Source: Candidatus Kerfeldbacteria bacterium (GTDB lineage Bacteria; Patescibacteriota; Patescibacteriia; UBA9570; XYC2-FULL-38-9). From it: a DNA stretch of 64,000 nt. How positions within the stretch are numbered: the stretch's first letter is position 1; the number at the start of each line of letters is the position of its first letter. Location of the stretch: assembly GCA_016182555.1 (NCBI GenBank), contig JACPGJ010000008.1, positions 220,272-284,271 of the forward strand, in the 5' to 3' direction. The notes under the pieces were generated by a model that saw only the letters and a list, made by a program, of their open reading frames with translations, ran no database searches and was not told the DNA's origin. The translations under genes and the position numbers were made by a program. Shown piece by piece: positions 1-8,969 of this stretch.

Positions 1-1526
1 AGGCTAGCTTCTTTTTCATTATCGTATAGAATAGGCGCCGTTTGATCTAAGCCCAATTTTTCTAGCACTCTCATCCAAGGATAAGCATGACCTAAATTCA
101 TTTCATACGAACGAGACACTTCATCTTTTACAGTATCTCTATAAGCCGGACGTGCGTGAAAAAGCAATGCATTATTATATGGAGGTCGAAGATTGCTGAT
201 ACTTTTCACCCGTCTATCAATATCATACCATGAATGATTTGACCAACTACCTACTGGAGCATAGCTCTGCGTTGCTACATAACTTGGATGAACATCAAAT
301 AGTTGTCTCGGTTGCTCGCAGTTACTTTGAATGCCTGTTGCTCCATTTATTTCCATGGCATATACTACTGCCCCAGCATTGACTGCTTGAATATCAGAGG
401 AAAAATTCATACCCTCGGGCATCCAGGAATTTATTACAACATCTACTTTTGATGCTCTTTGCTTTAAGACATCATCAATTTCTTGATTAACTTTGTCAAT
501 GAATTGTTGATGCTGCTGTTTAAATATTTCTTGTATAGGAGATGCTTCAATGAATCCAGCAGCTTTATACGTTTTTTCCATTGCTTTTTTCTTTGCGATA
601 GTAAACAAATCAGTAAATTCCCGTAAATTATCTACTACTTCATCTGAAAGTTGAATATGAAAATTCTCTTCTATTATTCTTCTGCATTGTTGTACAAATT
701 CCTGAGGATTTTCTCCAATCACCTCAGACTGAGTGAGCGACCATTGGACAGCTTTACTGAGATGGCCCAAATCTTTCCATTGCGCTTTACCTATAGATAA
801 TAATGTAGCACGCTTTTCTAGCAACGGCAGCATCTCCGTATCCTCTGCATACTGCTGTTGCAAAAAGTCTAAGGTTGTTGCGCATGTGTAAGACAAAGCT
901 GCTTCATCTTTATATATTCTATTAAAACTATCTAACTGTTTCTTATCTGGATCAACAATATGATAATTCACATTGAACCCATTTTCTCGTGCCATATCAA
1001 CAATGAGTTTACCTAGTGCTCCTGATGCACCACCTACATCAATAATTTCAATTGGGTCAGTAGATTTTTTCTCACCCACCCGAATACGTTCTTGATGAAT
1101 ACCAGTTGCTATTGCCAAAATACGTGCGATATCCTCATTGGTAGGCACCCAAAAAATAACCCTGTTTTCAAAAATTTGATATGGGTCTCCACTTTCCAGC
1201 CAATTTTTTGGATCATTTTCGAATTCAGCATAGGAAAGAATCTCATGAGTTGGATCAATCCCGCTCAGAAAAATATTTCTCAATGCCCGTTCAACATCAA
1301 AGCGTAATGTTTCATAATAACGATCAAAAGTATCATCTGTGTGTTCTAACTGTTCTAAGGCAATAATTTTATCATATAGCTGCTCTATACTTGGTAGCAG
1401 ATGTCTGAATCTGGTTTCATTAGTTGTTAGTACATCCAGAGCACTCCGACCAGTTGTTTCAAGCTCCGTAAGCAGAAGTTTTTTGAACTCGGGTGTTCTT
1501 GATTTTGATAATTTAAATTCCGACAT
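1..1526 (-). CDS. Large orphan protein with class I SAM-dependent methyltransferase motif (3' end off the window)
   Basis: Not in ORF track. ATG at 1526; the N-terminal ~200 codons and the last 20 codons at the left edge were read by hand and are open in one frame. MSEFKLSKSRTPEF...PIEIIDVGGASGALGKLIVD...YHIVDPD matches motif I plus acidic motif II. Confidence 0.75.
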   Translation of the reverse strand, partial: MSEFKLSKSRTPEFKKLLLTELETTGRSALDVLTTNETRFRHLLPSIEQLYDKIIALEQLEHTDDTFDRYYETLRFDVERALRNIFLSGIDPTHEILSYAEFENDPKNWLESGDPYQIFENRVIFWVPTNEDIARILAIATGIHQERIRVGEKKSTDPIEIIDVGGASGALGKLIVDMARENGFNVNYHIVDPDKKQLDSFNRIYKDEAALSYTCATTLDFLQQQYAEDTEMLPLLEKRATLLSIGKAQWKDLGHLSKAVQWSLTQSEVIGENPQEFVQQCRRIIEENFHIQLSDEVVDNLREFTDLFTIAKKKAMEKTYKAAGFIEASPIQEIFKQQHQQFIDKVNQEIDDVLKQRASKVDVVINSWMPEGMNFSSDIQAVNAGAVVYAMEINGATGIQSNCEQPRQLFDVHPSYVATQSYAPVGSWSNHSWYDIDRRVKSISNLRPPYNNALLFHARPAYRDTVKDEVSRSYEMNLGHAYPWMRVLEKLGLDQTAPILYDNEKEAS

Positions 1527-1646
1527 TTTGATAGGCTGTTTTGCGAATACTATTAGTGAGAAGATGAATAAATTAATCTAGAATTTTTTTTATTCTACCA
1601 TAAAATCTCATAACTACAAAAGCATATAAACAGAAGGATACAGTAA

Positions 1647-1793
1647 ATAACTAGCCTTGGAGGTCACGATTTTTCTGTTTGTACTACTTGGCAGGCATGG
1701 CAGGACGGCTTTCGAACTTTTGATTGGAAGAAAGCTGTGCCACTGCCTGAATTGGTTATAAAGAATGTAACAGAACTTTGTGCGTTTGTTTAG
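1647..1793 (+). pseudogene. C-terminal tail remnant of a tRNA-targeting site-specific recombinase, containing an att-like tRNA-Trp 3'-end copy
   Basis: Reads SVCTTWQAWQDGFRTFDWKKAVPLPELVIKNVTELCAFV*. 1689-1717 TGGCAGGCATGGCAGGA...TTCGAAC resembles the antisense tRNA-Trp 3' end (TGCAGGGGTGGTCGGAATCGAAC at 7244). Confidence 0.5.
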
Positions 1794-1835
1794 TAAACTA
1801 AACTAGTTGTTAAAAAATGAGGAGGAAAGGGCTGA

Positions 1836-1881
1836 GGTGAGGCGCAAACAGGAAGACCGAAGTCGTCTGCTGCACCTCACC
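1836..1881 (-). terminator. Long GC-rich hairpin downstream of small membrane gene
   Basis: Minus strand GGTGAGGTGCA...GAC-TTCG-GTC...TGCGCCTCACC. Confidence 0.5.
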
Positions 1882-1900
1882 CCCTTGCTGATGCTGATGA

Positions 1901-2158
1901 TCAGTTCTCCGTCGCAGCCTTGACCCGCAACGGGAAGATACCAACAGCCAGATAGACCAGCGTCGAACTGACGATTCCGATATCAAGGATGTAGGCCAGA
2001 ATCTGGGTCATGGTTGGTGAAATAACCCACCCCATCTTGAGAATAATCCTCTCGATCATGGTGGCCACGAGCTCGAACATTGGGAAAGTTATAATAACCC
2101 CCACGATAATGGCCACCACGAGACCAACGATAATCAGTACACGAGACTTGCTTGGCAT
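1901..2158 (-). CDS. Small GC-rich two-TM orphan membrane protein
   Basis: GGAGGT SD before ATG 2158 (MPSKSRVLIIVGLVV...). Two hydrophobic segments. Confidence 0.6.
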   Translation of the reverse strand: MPSKSRVLIIVGLVVAIIVGVIITFPMFELVATMIERIILKMGWVISPTMTQILAYILDIGIVSSTLVYLAVGIFPLRVKAATEN

Positions 2159-2367
2159 CAGAACCTCCAGTGAGAAATGTCGCACTCGAGAATCGAGTCG
2201 ACCAAATAGTAAATCATAACCAAGCAGAAAAATCAAGGTTCACCTCAAATAATGGTTCTTCAGGAAAAGTTATGGGTAAAGGTTTAATTTTCCGCAGTGG
2301 AATAAGATTGCGATTCGGTAATTTTGGAAATTCATATCTAAATGTCTGAAAAATTTGGAGTCACTTT

Positions 2368-3537
2368 TTATCGATTTCCTTTTGCTCGATTGTGTGTTTT
2401 GCAGAGCATCTGGCAATTCTTGACCGAAGTAGCACCACCTTTACTCCAAGCTGCTACATGATCAGCGTCCATATCGCCTAAACTCCAAATCTTTTCCTTG
2501 TTGGCATCGTGTCTAAGAGCACAAAGGGGGCAGTTCGATTCTTTTTTCTTTTCGGCTTTTGTTGTTTGTATTTTGTATACTGATTTTTTTGTTGCTTCAT
2601 CAAAAACTCTAACATTCAGCAATTTCGTATCAGCAGAACCTCCTAAGATAAATTCAAAAATACCTTTGCGATTTTTAACATATGGATCGCCATACAGTTT
2701 TTGAACTTCTTCCGAAACCTTTTTTGGATTGTACGATTTTTTATGGTAAGCCTCATACAGTCGCCCCCACTCAAGTCCGCACATCTCGCTTTCTACGTCG
2801 GTAAATACGCTAGAAACCCAATCAATCACACTGTTGAAATATTTTTTCAATTCGGCAATATTTTTATCAAAACGATGACTACTCATGTAGTCTCCGATAT
2901 TACCTTTACTTACCCAATCGAGCGCACATTCCAGAAAATCCTGTCGATTTGCGCTACCTGATACATATGCACTCCATTTCTGAATGTTGGCGTTTTGGCT
3001 ATTGCTAAATTCTTCTTTTCCGAGTGTTACAAATGGCCCAGAATAGACGGCATTTAGTAACTCCTGATTATTGAGCGGGACACCGGCAATATTGATCGTT
3101 TTAAACCACTCTTTTATCTGGCTTTCTGTTCCTTCACATTCATAAATAAGTAATTTTGTTTCCAAAATCTTGGCTTTTTTATCCTTTGCCATCCCACTAA
3201 AATATTGTTCCATACCGTTTTCGTCTTTGATAGCAAATTTGTCAGTCACAAACCGCCCCACACTGGTGATACGCTGTTGCCCATCCAAAACTTCCAGCTT
3301 GTTTTCAGAAACCACATTAAAATAAATCAAACCTATTGGGTAACCTTTTAGTATCGATTCTATAACAGCAATTTCTCTTTTTCCACCATCGGAGGCATAG
3401 ATGTAGTTACGCTGATACTCCGGCTGAATAGTGAGCGAGCCCGCCAAACCGAACAACCCTTTACCTTCCAGTTCATTATAGACAAATCCTTCGCAAATAT
3501 CTTTGACGGTGATATCGGTTTTTAAAGTTGTTTTCAT
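2368..3537 (-). CDS. DUF262 (ParB-like/GmrS) plus HNH endonuclease, putative restriction component
   Basis: [11 protein letters not shown] and VLDGQQR motifs; C-terminal CPLC...DADH...GG...[10 protein letters not shown]. Confidence 0.85.
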   Translation of the reverse strand: MKTTLKTDITVKDICEGFVYNELEGKGLFGLAGSLTIQPEYQRNYIYASDGGKREIAVIESILKGYPIGLIYFNVVSENKLEVLDGQQRITSVGRFVTDKFAIKDENGMEQYFSGMAKDKKAKILETKLLIYECEGTESQIKEWFKTINIAGVPLNNQELLNAVYSGPFVTLGKEEFSNSQNANIQKWSAYVSGSANRQDFLECALDWVSKGNIGDYMSSHRFDKNIAELKKYFNSVIDWVSSVFTDVESEMCGLEWGRLYEAYHKKSYNPKKVSEEVQKLYGDPYVKNRKGIFEFILGGSADTKLLNVRVFDEATKKSVYKIQTTKAEKKKESNCPLCALRHDANKEKIWSLGDMDADHVAAWSKGGATSVKNCQMLCKTHNRAKGNR

Positions 3538-3567
3538 CTTATTATTTTTTAAAATCAAAATTAATGA

Positions 3568-4626
3568 CTAATTTTTATCTTTTATTTTTTTCTCTACCTT
3601 TTTTTCTAATTGCGCAAAACGATCGAAATCACTTTCAAATAATTGATCTTGCACAATACGATACCTCTCGAATTCTGTCTCAGCAAACTCCTTGGCAAGT
3701 TCGTGTGCAACTTTGCCCGCATCAGAAAGAATCTCTCGATCTGTCATCCGAATAAATCGATCAAGCCGCTCAGCCCAATCTGCCATCGTCATTGGAATGT
3801 GGCGCGTTGCCATATCTTCCGCAATATCCAGATATGCAGAAACCATACGTTCAAGAGAAAAAAGTTCTTTTTCTGTCAAATAGTTTTTTGCCACAAAAAC
3901 ATCAAATTTTTGAATCTTTCCGTGCGGGGAATCTTTCCAGCTCGTCAATCCCATGTGATCTTTTTCAGCGCTTGCTCGCGACATAATCACTTCAGCTGCT
4001 GTTTGCCCATGAATCGCCCAGTGTAGTTTATTTTGCACGGTTGCAAAAAATTTTTTGGTCGTTTCTGCAGTTTTGTCGTAATCAATGGCCGTTGCATAAA
4101 TATCCGTGATCTTTTGATAGAATTTTCTCTCTGATAATCGAATTTCTCGTATACGAGAGAGTAACTCTTCGAAAAATTGCTTGGTAAGAATGGTTCCGCC
4201 ATTTTTCAAACGTTCATCGTCCATGACAAAACCCTTGATCGTAAACTCTTTGACAATATCGCGCGCCCATTTCCGAAACTGCACGGCTCGCTCGTTCTCT
4301 ATTTTAAAACCAACTGATATAACGACTTGCAAACTGTAGTGGTCTACATTGTATTTTTTACCATCCGTAGCAGTTATTAAGTATTTCTTAATAACTGAAC
4401 TGTCGACTTCGCCATCTTCCATAAGCTTTTTAAGATGCTGATTTACTGCCGATACGGACACACCATAGAGCTCTGCAATTAATTTCTGTGTAAGCCATAA
4501 GTTTTCATCTTCATAACGCAGTTCAACCGCTGTTTCTTGTTTACCGATTGCGGAAACATAAGTCAAATACTCCGCAGCCGATGAACGAATCGTAATGCCT
4601 CTCGTCTTTTTCTTTATTTTTATCAT
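3568..4626 (-). CDS. RhuM family protein
   Basis: ENLWLTQKLIAELYGV, QFRKWA, GFVMDDERLK, RIREIRLSERKFYQKITDIYA. Confidence 0.9.
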   Translation of the reverse strand: MIKIKKKTRGITIRSSAAEYLTYVSAIGKQETAVELRYEDENLWLTQKLIAELYGVSVSAVNQHLKKLMEDGEVDSSVIKKYLITATDGKKYNVDHYSLQVVISVGFKIENERAVQFRKWARDIVKEFTIKGFVMDDERLKNGGTILTKQFFEELLSRIREIRLSERKFYQKITDIYATAIDYDKTAETTKKFFATVQNKLHWAIHGQTAAEVIMSRASAEKDHMGLTSWKDSPHGKIQKFDVFVAKNYLTEKELFSLERMVSAYLDIAEDMATRHIPMTMADWAERLDRFIRMTDREILSDAGKVAHELAKEFAETEFERYRIVQDQLFESDFDRFAQLEKKVEKKIKDKN

Positions 4627-4632
4627 ATTATT

Positions 4633-4770
4633 CTATAGTTGATTAATCACAAGCCATGCCGTCTCACCCTCAATACGCACCTAAATCCGCGGTGCCCCGT
4701 CCGAGCCTTCATAGATAATCATCCCGCCGGAATTATTATTTGTCATAGTATTTTGATCTTGTTTACTCAT
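4633..4770 (-). pseudogene. N-terminal fragment of a second RhuM-type gene
   Basis: MSKQDQNTMTNNNSGGMIIYEGSDGAPRI*VRIEGETAWLVINQL*, with in-frame TAG at 4681-4683. Confidence 0.7.
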
Positions 4771-4776
4771 AATTTT

Positions 4777-5937
4777 TTACTTGTCGCAAATATATTTGAC
4801 AGTAATGTTGGTGTTTAAACATGATTTTAAATAATTCATCAAACAATGTCTTACAATATTTTCAAACCAATACGTGTAAGGTAATTTTTGAGAAGGAGGA
4901 AATTTACGATTATCAATCATCATTCCTAAAGACGGATCGGTATCCCACTTACCAGCGCCATGCATAAACTGACTAAGATACATAGGCTCACCAGAATGCA
5001 AATAACCTGATCGGCTATTATAAATTGTAGCCAAAACATCTGGTAAATTTTTCCTTGTAATCTTTACATGTTTAGCTTTCCAATTTCCACCCCTCAAACA
5101 ACCCTTTGAAAAATCGGTAATAAATCTGATAAATTTCTGCTTTGATTTTTCAATCAGAATTTTATCTTGTTTGTTCACCTTCAATATCTCTTTCAATTGT
5201 TTTTCCTGCTTCTTTGACAGCTTTTTTGATGTTCCAAATAAATTTGAAAACTTTTCGCCATCAAGCGGATTATCCTGCTTGTTCAGTTTATAACCTTGCG
5301 ACAAGGTTTCAATTGCTGAAACTAAACGAATAAATACCATTTCGCTATCCATGCCAACCTCTTTAAGCGATCGTGCATAGTGATAGCAAGCTAGGATAAA
5401 GCTTTGATGTTTTTGGTTATTTAACTCCCGTATCGTATTCAAAAAATCAGATAATCCTTTTGCAAAATTTCTTCCGCCTTCACTAAAAATCCTGGGGTGT
5501 ACACCTTTTACTGTCTTTTTATACAAAAACTCCTGTTCCATTTTTATTTTCAAACCATGATTCGTCAATTCGCCATGATATGTTGCAACGATGTAAAATC
5601 TGCATTGAAAATAAAGAGAAAATATGGCGAGTAATTCGCCAATTATGCCATCTTTAAAATAGTAGCCCCTCTTATCTGCTTTATCATTGTAGCCGCCTTC
5701 ATACTTAGGATATTGAACACGTAACAGGTAGTGATAGAGGCCATTCTTGTCTTGCTCTAAGGAAAAACCACCGCAAATTAATTTTTTATTTTCATAATCA
5801 AGTACGCCAGGTATATAACACTCACTCGCGAACTCATATTCATAATAATACGTTTCATCACTGGATTCAGGTAATTTTTCCACATTTCTAATCCACGCCA
5901 TTCGATTGTCATTATGTTTATTTAATTCATTTGCCAT
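4777..5937 (-). CDS. HEPN-motif (ApeA-like) putative RNase
   Basis: C-terminal FIRLVSAIETLS helix and IYNSRSGYLHSG (RxxxxH). Confidence 0.7.
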   Translation of the reverse strand: MANELNKHNDNRMAWIRNVEKLPESSDETYYYEYEFASECYIPGVLDYENKKLICGGFSLEQDKNGLYHYLLRVQYPKYEGGYNDKADKRGYYFKDGIIGELLAIFSLYFQCRFYIVATYHGELTNHGLKIKMEQEFLYKKTVKGVHPRIFSEGGRNFAKGLSDFLNTIRELNNQKHQSFILACYHYARSLKEVGMDSEMVFIRLVSAIETLSQGYKLNKQDNPLDGEKFSNLFGTSKKLSKKQEKQLKEILKVNKQDKILIEKSKQKFIRFITDFSKGCLRGGNWKAKHVKITRKNLPDVLATIYNSRSGYLHSGEPMYLSQFMHGAGKWDTDPSLGMMIDNRKFPPSQKLPYTYWFENIVRHCLMNYLKSCLNTNITVKYICDK

Positions 5938-5958
5938 AAAATTTTTATCTCCAAAAAG

Positions 5959-7083
5959 TTATTTTTTCTTGTGTTTGATAAAAATTCGTTTGTACTGCTT
6001 TTTACCGTTTACATATGGCTCATTATGTTTTTTGAAATGTGGTAATTTGTATTTTTCATCAACTGCACCATTATCACTTGCTCCAAGAACTTCAAACTGA
6101 TCAGGGTTATATTTATCTAAAAAAGTAATCGGCACACCCATTACACCTTTGTAATCACTTGGTATTGAATCAGTAAAAGGCACTTCTATGGCATCATAAT
6201 TGTCATAATGATCGTACGACTCTTTGCCCTTTATTTCTTTGTGTTTGCTATATTTCAAATTCTCCCCCATGGTCATAAGTGGCAATGGTTGATGACGACG
6301 TCCGTGGTCAAGATTAGTAAGCCATAAACAACTATTAGTGGCAACAATTCTATCGCCATTTTCATCTATTCTAGCTTCTGTTCCATACAAATCGTAGGAT
6401 TTAGGTACAATAAATCCAGAAATCCATCTTCCCATTCCATTACCAAGCCATATTTCATTATTTTTAATTTTTTGAAATACTTCTTTATAAGTTATGCAAT
6501 TAATATTTCCAATAATTAAAAACTTTTTGTTGTAATCAAAAAGTTGCTTCACATACTCACGAAACAGACTGAACGGTGGGTTTGTTACAACAACGTCGGA
6601 TTGTTTAAGTAGATCTACACATTCATCGCTACGAAAATCGCCGTCACCCTCTAGGGGCGTCCACTCGTTATGTTTGTTTGCCTTTAACTGCTTGGCAACA
6701 TCCTTCAAGTTGAACTCACCATCGCCATCGATGTCGCCCACTTCGTTGATAATAAATTTGTTGGCATTTATCTTCGGACGCCCTTTTGATTTTATGAGAG
6801 TTTTATCATCACCAAACAACCCTAGTTGCGTGTTGGCTACGGGCGAGGGTTTGTAGCTGGTGGTGATAAGCTGTTTTAATCCAAGCTTGTTGAAATTGAG
6901 CACGAAATAGCGAAAAAAATTGCTCTCAAACGGATCGTCGCAGTTGCAATACACTACCTTGCCACGGAATACATCGGCGTTGTATTCCAAATACGCTTCA
7001 ATCTCTTTTTGAATATCAATATATTGAGTATAAAACTCATCATTCTTTGCTCGTTTTGCATTTGTAAGGTTATTGTTTGCCAT
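5959..7083 (-). CDS. Adenine-specific DNA methyltransferase, EcoRI family
   Basis: AKNDEFYT, VYCNCDDP, GDGDFRS, VVTNPPFSLFREY, YDNYDAIEVP, GVPITFLDKYNP. Confidence 0.92.
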   Translation of the reverse strand: MANNNLTNAKRAKNDEFYTQYIDIQKEIEAYLEYNADVFRGKVVYCNCDDPFESNFFRYFVLNFNKLGLKQLITTSYKPSPVANTQLGLFGDDKTLIKSKGRPKINANKFIINEVGDIDGDGEFNLKDVAKQLKANKHNEWTPLEGDGDFRSDECVDLLKQSDVVVTNPPFSLFREYVKQLFDYNKKFLIIGNINCITYKEVFQKIKNNEIWLGNGMGRWISGFIVPKSYDLYGTEARIDENGDRIVATNSCLWLTNLDHGRRHQPLPLMTMGENLKYSKHKEIKGKESYDHYDNYDAIEVPFTDSIPSDYKGVMGVPITFLDKYNPDQFEVLGASDNGAVDEKYKLPHFKKHNEPYVNGKKQYKRIFIKHKKK

Positions 7084-7087
7084 TTTT

Positions 7088-7234
7088 TTATTTCACTAAT
7101 TCATCAACAGAAACACTCAATGCTTTAGCAATCTTTTCTATAGTTGTTAGCGTTGGATTTTTCTTTGCACTCTCAATATTGCTAATATAAACTCGATCAA
7201 GGCCTATATCTCTGCAGATATCACTTTGGAACAT
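7088..7234 (-). pseudogene. N-terminally truncated Cro/C1 (XRE) HTH, RM controller-like
   Basis: MFQSDICRDIGLDRVYISNIESAKKNPTLTTIEKIAKALSVSVDELVK. The first helix is missing and the fragment starts 10 nt after the tRNA-Trp end. Confidence 0.7.
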
Positions 7235-7243
7235 GTACTGAAA

Positions 7244-7316
7244 TGCAGGGGTGGTCGGAATCGAACCGACAGTATTCGCTCTGGAGGCGAGTGGTTTGCC
7301 ACTAACCGACACCCCT
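7244..7316 (-). tRNA. tRNA-Trp(CCA)
   Basis: AGGGGTG TC GGTT AGTGGCA AACC A CTCGC CTCCAGA GCGAA TACT GTCGG TTCGATT CCGAC CACCCCT G CA. Confidence 0.95.
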
Positions 7317-7360
7317 ATACGACTAAAGTAAAAATAGTATAGCGCCGTTTCCTCTATCGT

Positions 7361-7804
7361 TCAAGCCTGGGGAAGTTGCATCAAGCTCTGTAAATCTTTC
7401 ACGGTTTTTTGTACTGCTGCATCGTCTAGTGTCACCAACTGCTGAGCCACACTTTGGGCAACGCCTGCGGTTTTCATATCACCCGGGCGGCGCGGCAAAA
7501 TATGAATTTCTAAGTGATCTTTTTGTGCTTGCTCTGGTGTGCCATCATTCATCAACATGGTAAAACCGAAGGCTTGGGTTAACCGCATGGCCCAAAAAGT
7601 CACCTTCTTCAATAAATACCCGAACTCTTCAATATCATCTGGCGTGAAACTATAAAAATGCGGATCGTGCCGCTTTGGAATGACAATCACATGCCCGTCA
7701 CCAAATGTTTCGCGTGCAACAATGACTCGAAACAATTTTGTTTCATAAAATTGCTCTGGTGGCGGTGGAGCATCGAAACAGTAGCGACAAGCATTCTGAT
7801 TCAT
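7361..7804 (-). CDS. HIT family protein with degenerate triad
   Basis: N-terminal CRYC, GHVIVIPKRH, C-terminal HLEIHILPR. Confidence 0.8.
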   Translation of the reverse strand: MNQNACRYCFDAPPPPEQFYETKLFRVIVARETFGDGHVIVIPKRHDPHFYSFTPDDIEEFGYLLKKVTFWAMRLTQAFGFTMLMNDGTPEQAQKDHLEIHILPRRPGDMKTAGVAQSVAQQLVTLDDAAVQKTVKDLQSLMQLPQA

Positions 7805-7813
7805 TGCTGTATA

Positions 7814-7963
7814 TTATTTTGTTTCTTTGTGGAGCGTATGTTTCTTGCAATACTTGCAGTACTTGTTTTTCTCTAAACGGGGAAGCCGTTTCTTTTTGAA
7901 ATCGTAGTACGTGCGTTGCTTACACACCGTGCATTCCAGTTTAATCAAATTTTCTTGTGACAT
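7814..7963 (-). CDS. rpmG: 50S ribosomal protein L33 (Zn-binding type)
   Basis: Not in ORF track. [49 protein letters not shown]. Confidence 0.95.
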   Translation of the reverse strand: MSQENLIKLECTVCKQRTYYDFKKKRLPRLEKNKYCKYCKKHTLHKETK

Positions 7964-7991
7964 ATCTCTTATTAGTTAATACTCTCTTGTG

Positions 7992-8063
7992 AGCCGAAGA
8001 GAGGACTCGAACCCCCAACCAACGGTTTACAAAACCGCTGCTCTACCATTGAGCTACTTCGGC
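7992..8063 (-). tRNA. tRNA-Thr(TGT)
   Basis: GCCGAAGTAGCTCAATGGTAGAGCAGCGGT-TTTGTAA-ACCGTTGGTTGGGGGTTCGAGTCCTCTCTTCGGCT. Confidence 0.96.
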
Positions 8064-8094
8064 AGGCGCGGTATGCACCTTGGACAAAAAGTCC

Positions 8095-8180
8095 GGTGGG
8101 CCGGGAGGGATTTGAACCCCCGAAGGCGCAAGTCCATCTGGTCTACAGCCAGATCCATTTGACCACTTTGGTACCGACCC
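8095..8180 (-). tRNA. tRNA-Tyr(GTA)
   Basis: GGGTCGG...TCTGG-CTGTAGA-CCAGA, long variable arm, GGGGGTTCAAATCCCTC CCGGCCC A CC. Confidence 0.95.
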
Positions 8181-8272
8181 AAATAGCACACTAACGGCGC
8201 ATGCATAAACACAGCGGGTGTTGTTCACACCTTTTTGTGCATGACTTACTATAGAATATTTACGGAAAATGG

Positions 8273-8821
8273 TCAATAGCGCAATAATCGCTTAAATTGC
8301 TCCAACGTATTGGCCTGTTTCATACGAAATATTTCTAGAGCCAAGGAGCGACCAGCAAACTGCGCGCTTGTTGCAATATCAATAAATTCATCAAAGGAAA
8401 CTGCGCGTGTACTTATTTTCTCGCCGGGGTCTAATTGCGGTTCACCGGTTTGCTGGCAACCACTGGCAATATAGATAGAAATTTTCCAATCAATTTTATC
8501 GTTTGGTTCAAATACTTTCCAAAGATCCCACTGTTGTGCGGTGATGCCTGCTTCTTCTGCGAGTTCGCGTTGCCCGGTTTGCAAATCTGTCTCCCCTATT
8601 TCTTGTCGGCCGCCGAACAACGTATAGCAGGGTGCTTGCATTGGCTGCTCTTGCTGCGCAATCAAAATTTTTCCGTTCCTTACCGGAATCACTTCGACCG
8701 TATTCATCCGTTTAGCCGCTTCAAAGGTCGCTGTTGTCCCATCAAACAATTCTTGTTCCCACTGATATATATCAAAAATAATTCCGGAAAATACTTTTTT
8801 GGCGTGCGGCGGAATGTGCAT
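8273..8821 (-). CDS. NUDIX hydrolase (ADP-ribose pyrophosphatase-like)
   Basis: GGRQEIGETDLQTGQRELAEEAG Nudix box; LDPGEKI. Confidence 0.9.
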   Translation of the reverse strand: MHIPPHAKKVFSGIIFDIYQWEQELFDGTTATFEAAKRMNTVEVIPVRNGKILIAQQEQPMQAPCYTLFGGRQEIGETDLQTGQRELAEEAGITAQQWDLWKVFEPNDKIDWKISIYIASGCQQTGEPQLDPGEKISTRAVSFDEFIDIATSAQFAGRSLALEIFRMKQANTLEQFKRLLRY

Positions 8822-8969
8822 AGGTATAATATTACTTGCGAACTTTTACGCGATACACCAGTTTCAACCATGACCATACATCAGCTGTGAATAGCCTGCC
8901 ATATAGAGAAGTATAGCATACATGTAGTATACTATGCAGAGCTATCCAACAGGATTTTCTTAATAGTAT

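Larger units (their letters stand above)
1689..7243. mobile_element. Decayed genomic island integrated at tRNA-Trp (defence cargo)
   Basis: Bounded by the tRNA-Trp 3' end and a degenerate same-orientation copy. Carries RM/HEPN/RhuM cargo. No intact integrase. Confidence 0.5.

Noticed and set aside
7235-7312. N-terminal part of ORF 7088..7312
   Set aside because: It is tRNA-Trp sequence read as protein; only 7088..7234 is HTH-like.
8043-8276. 77-aa ORF
   Set aside because: It overlaps tRNA-Tyr and tRNA-Thr; spurious.
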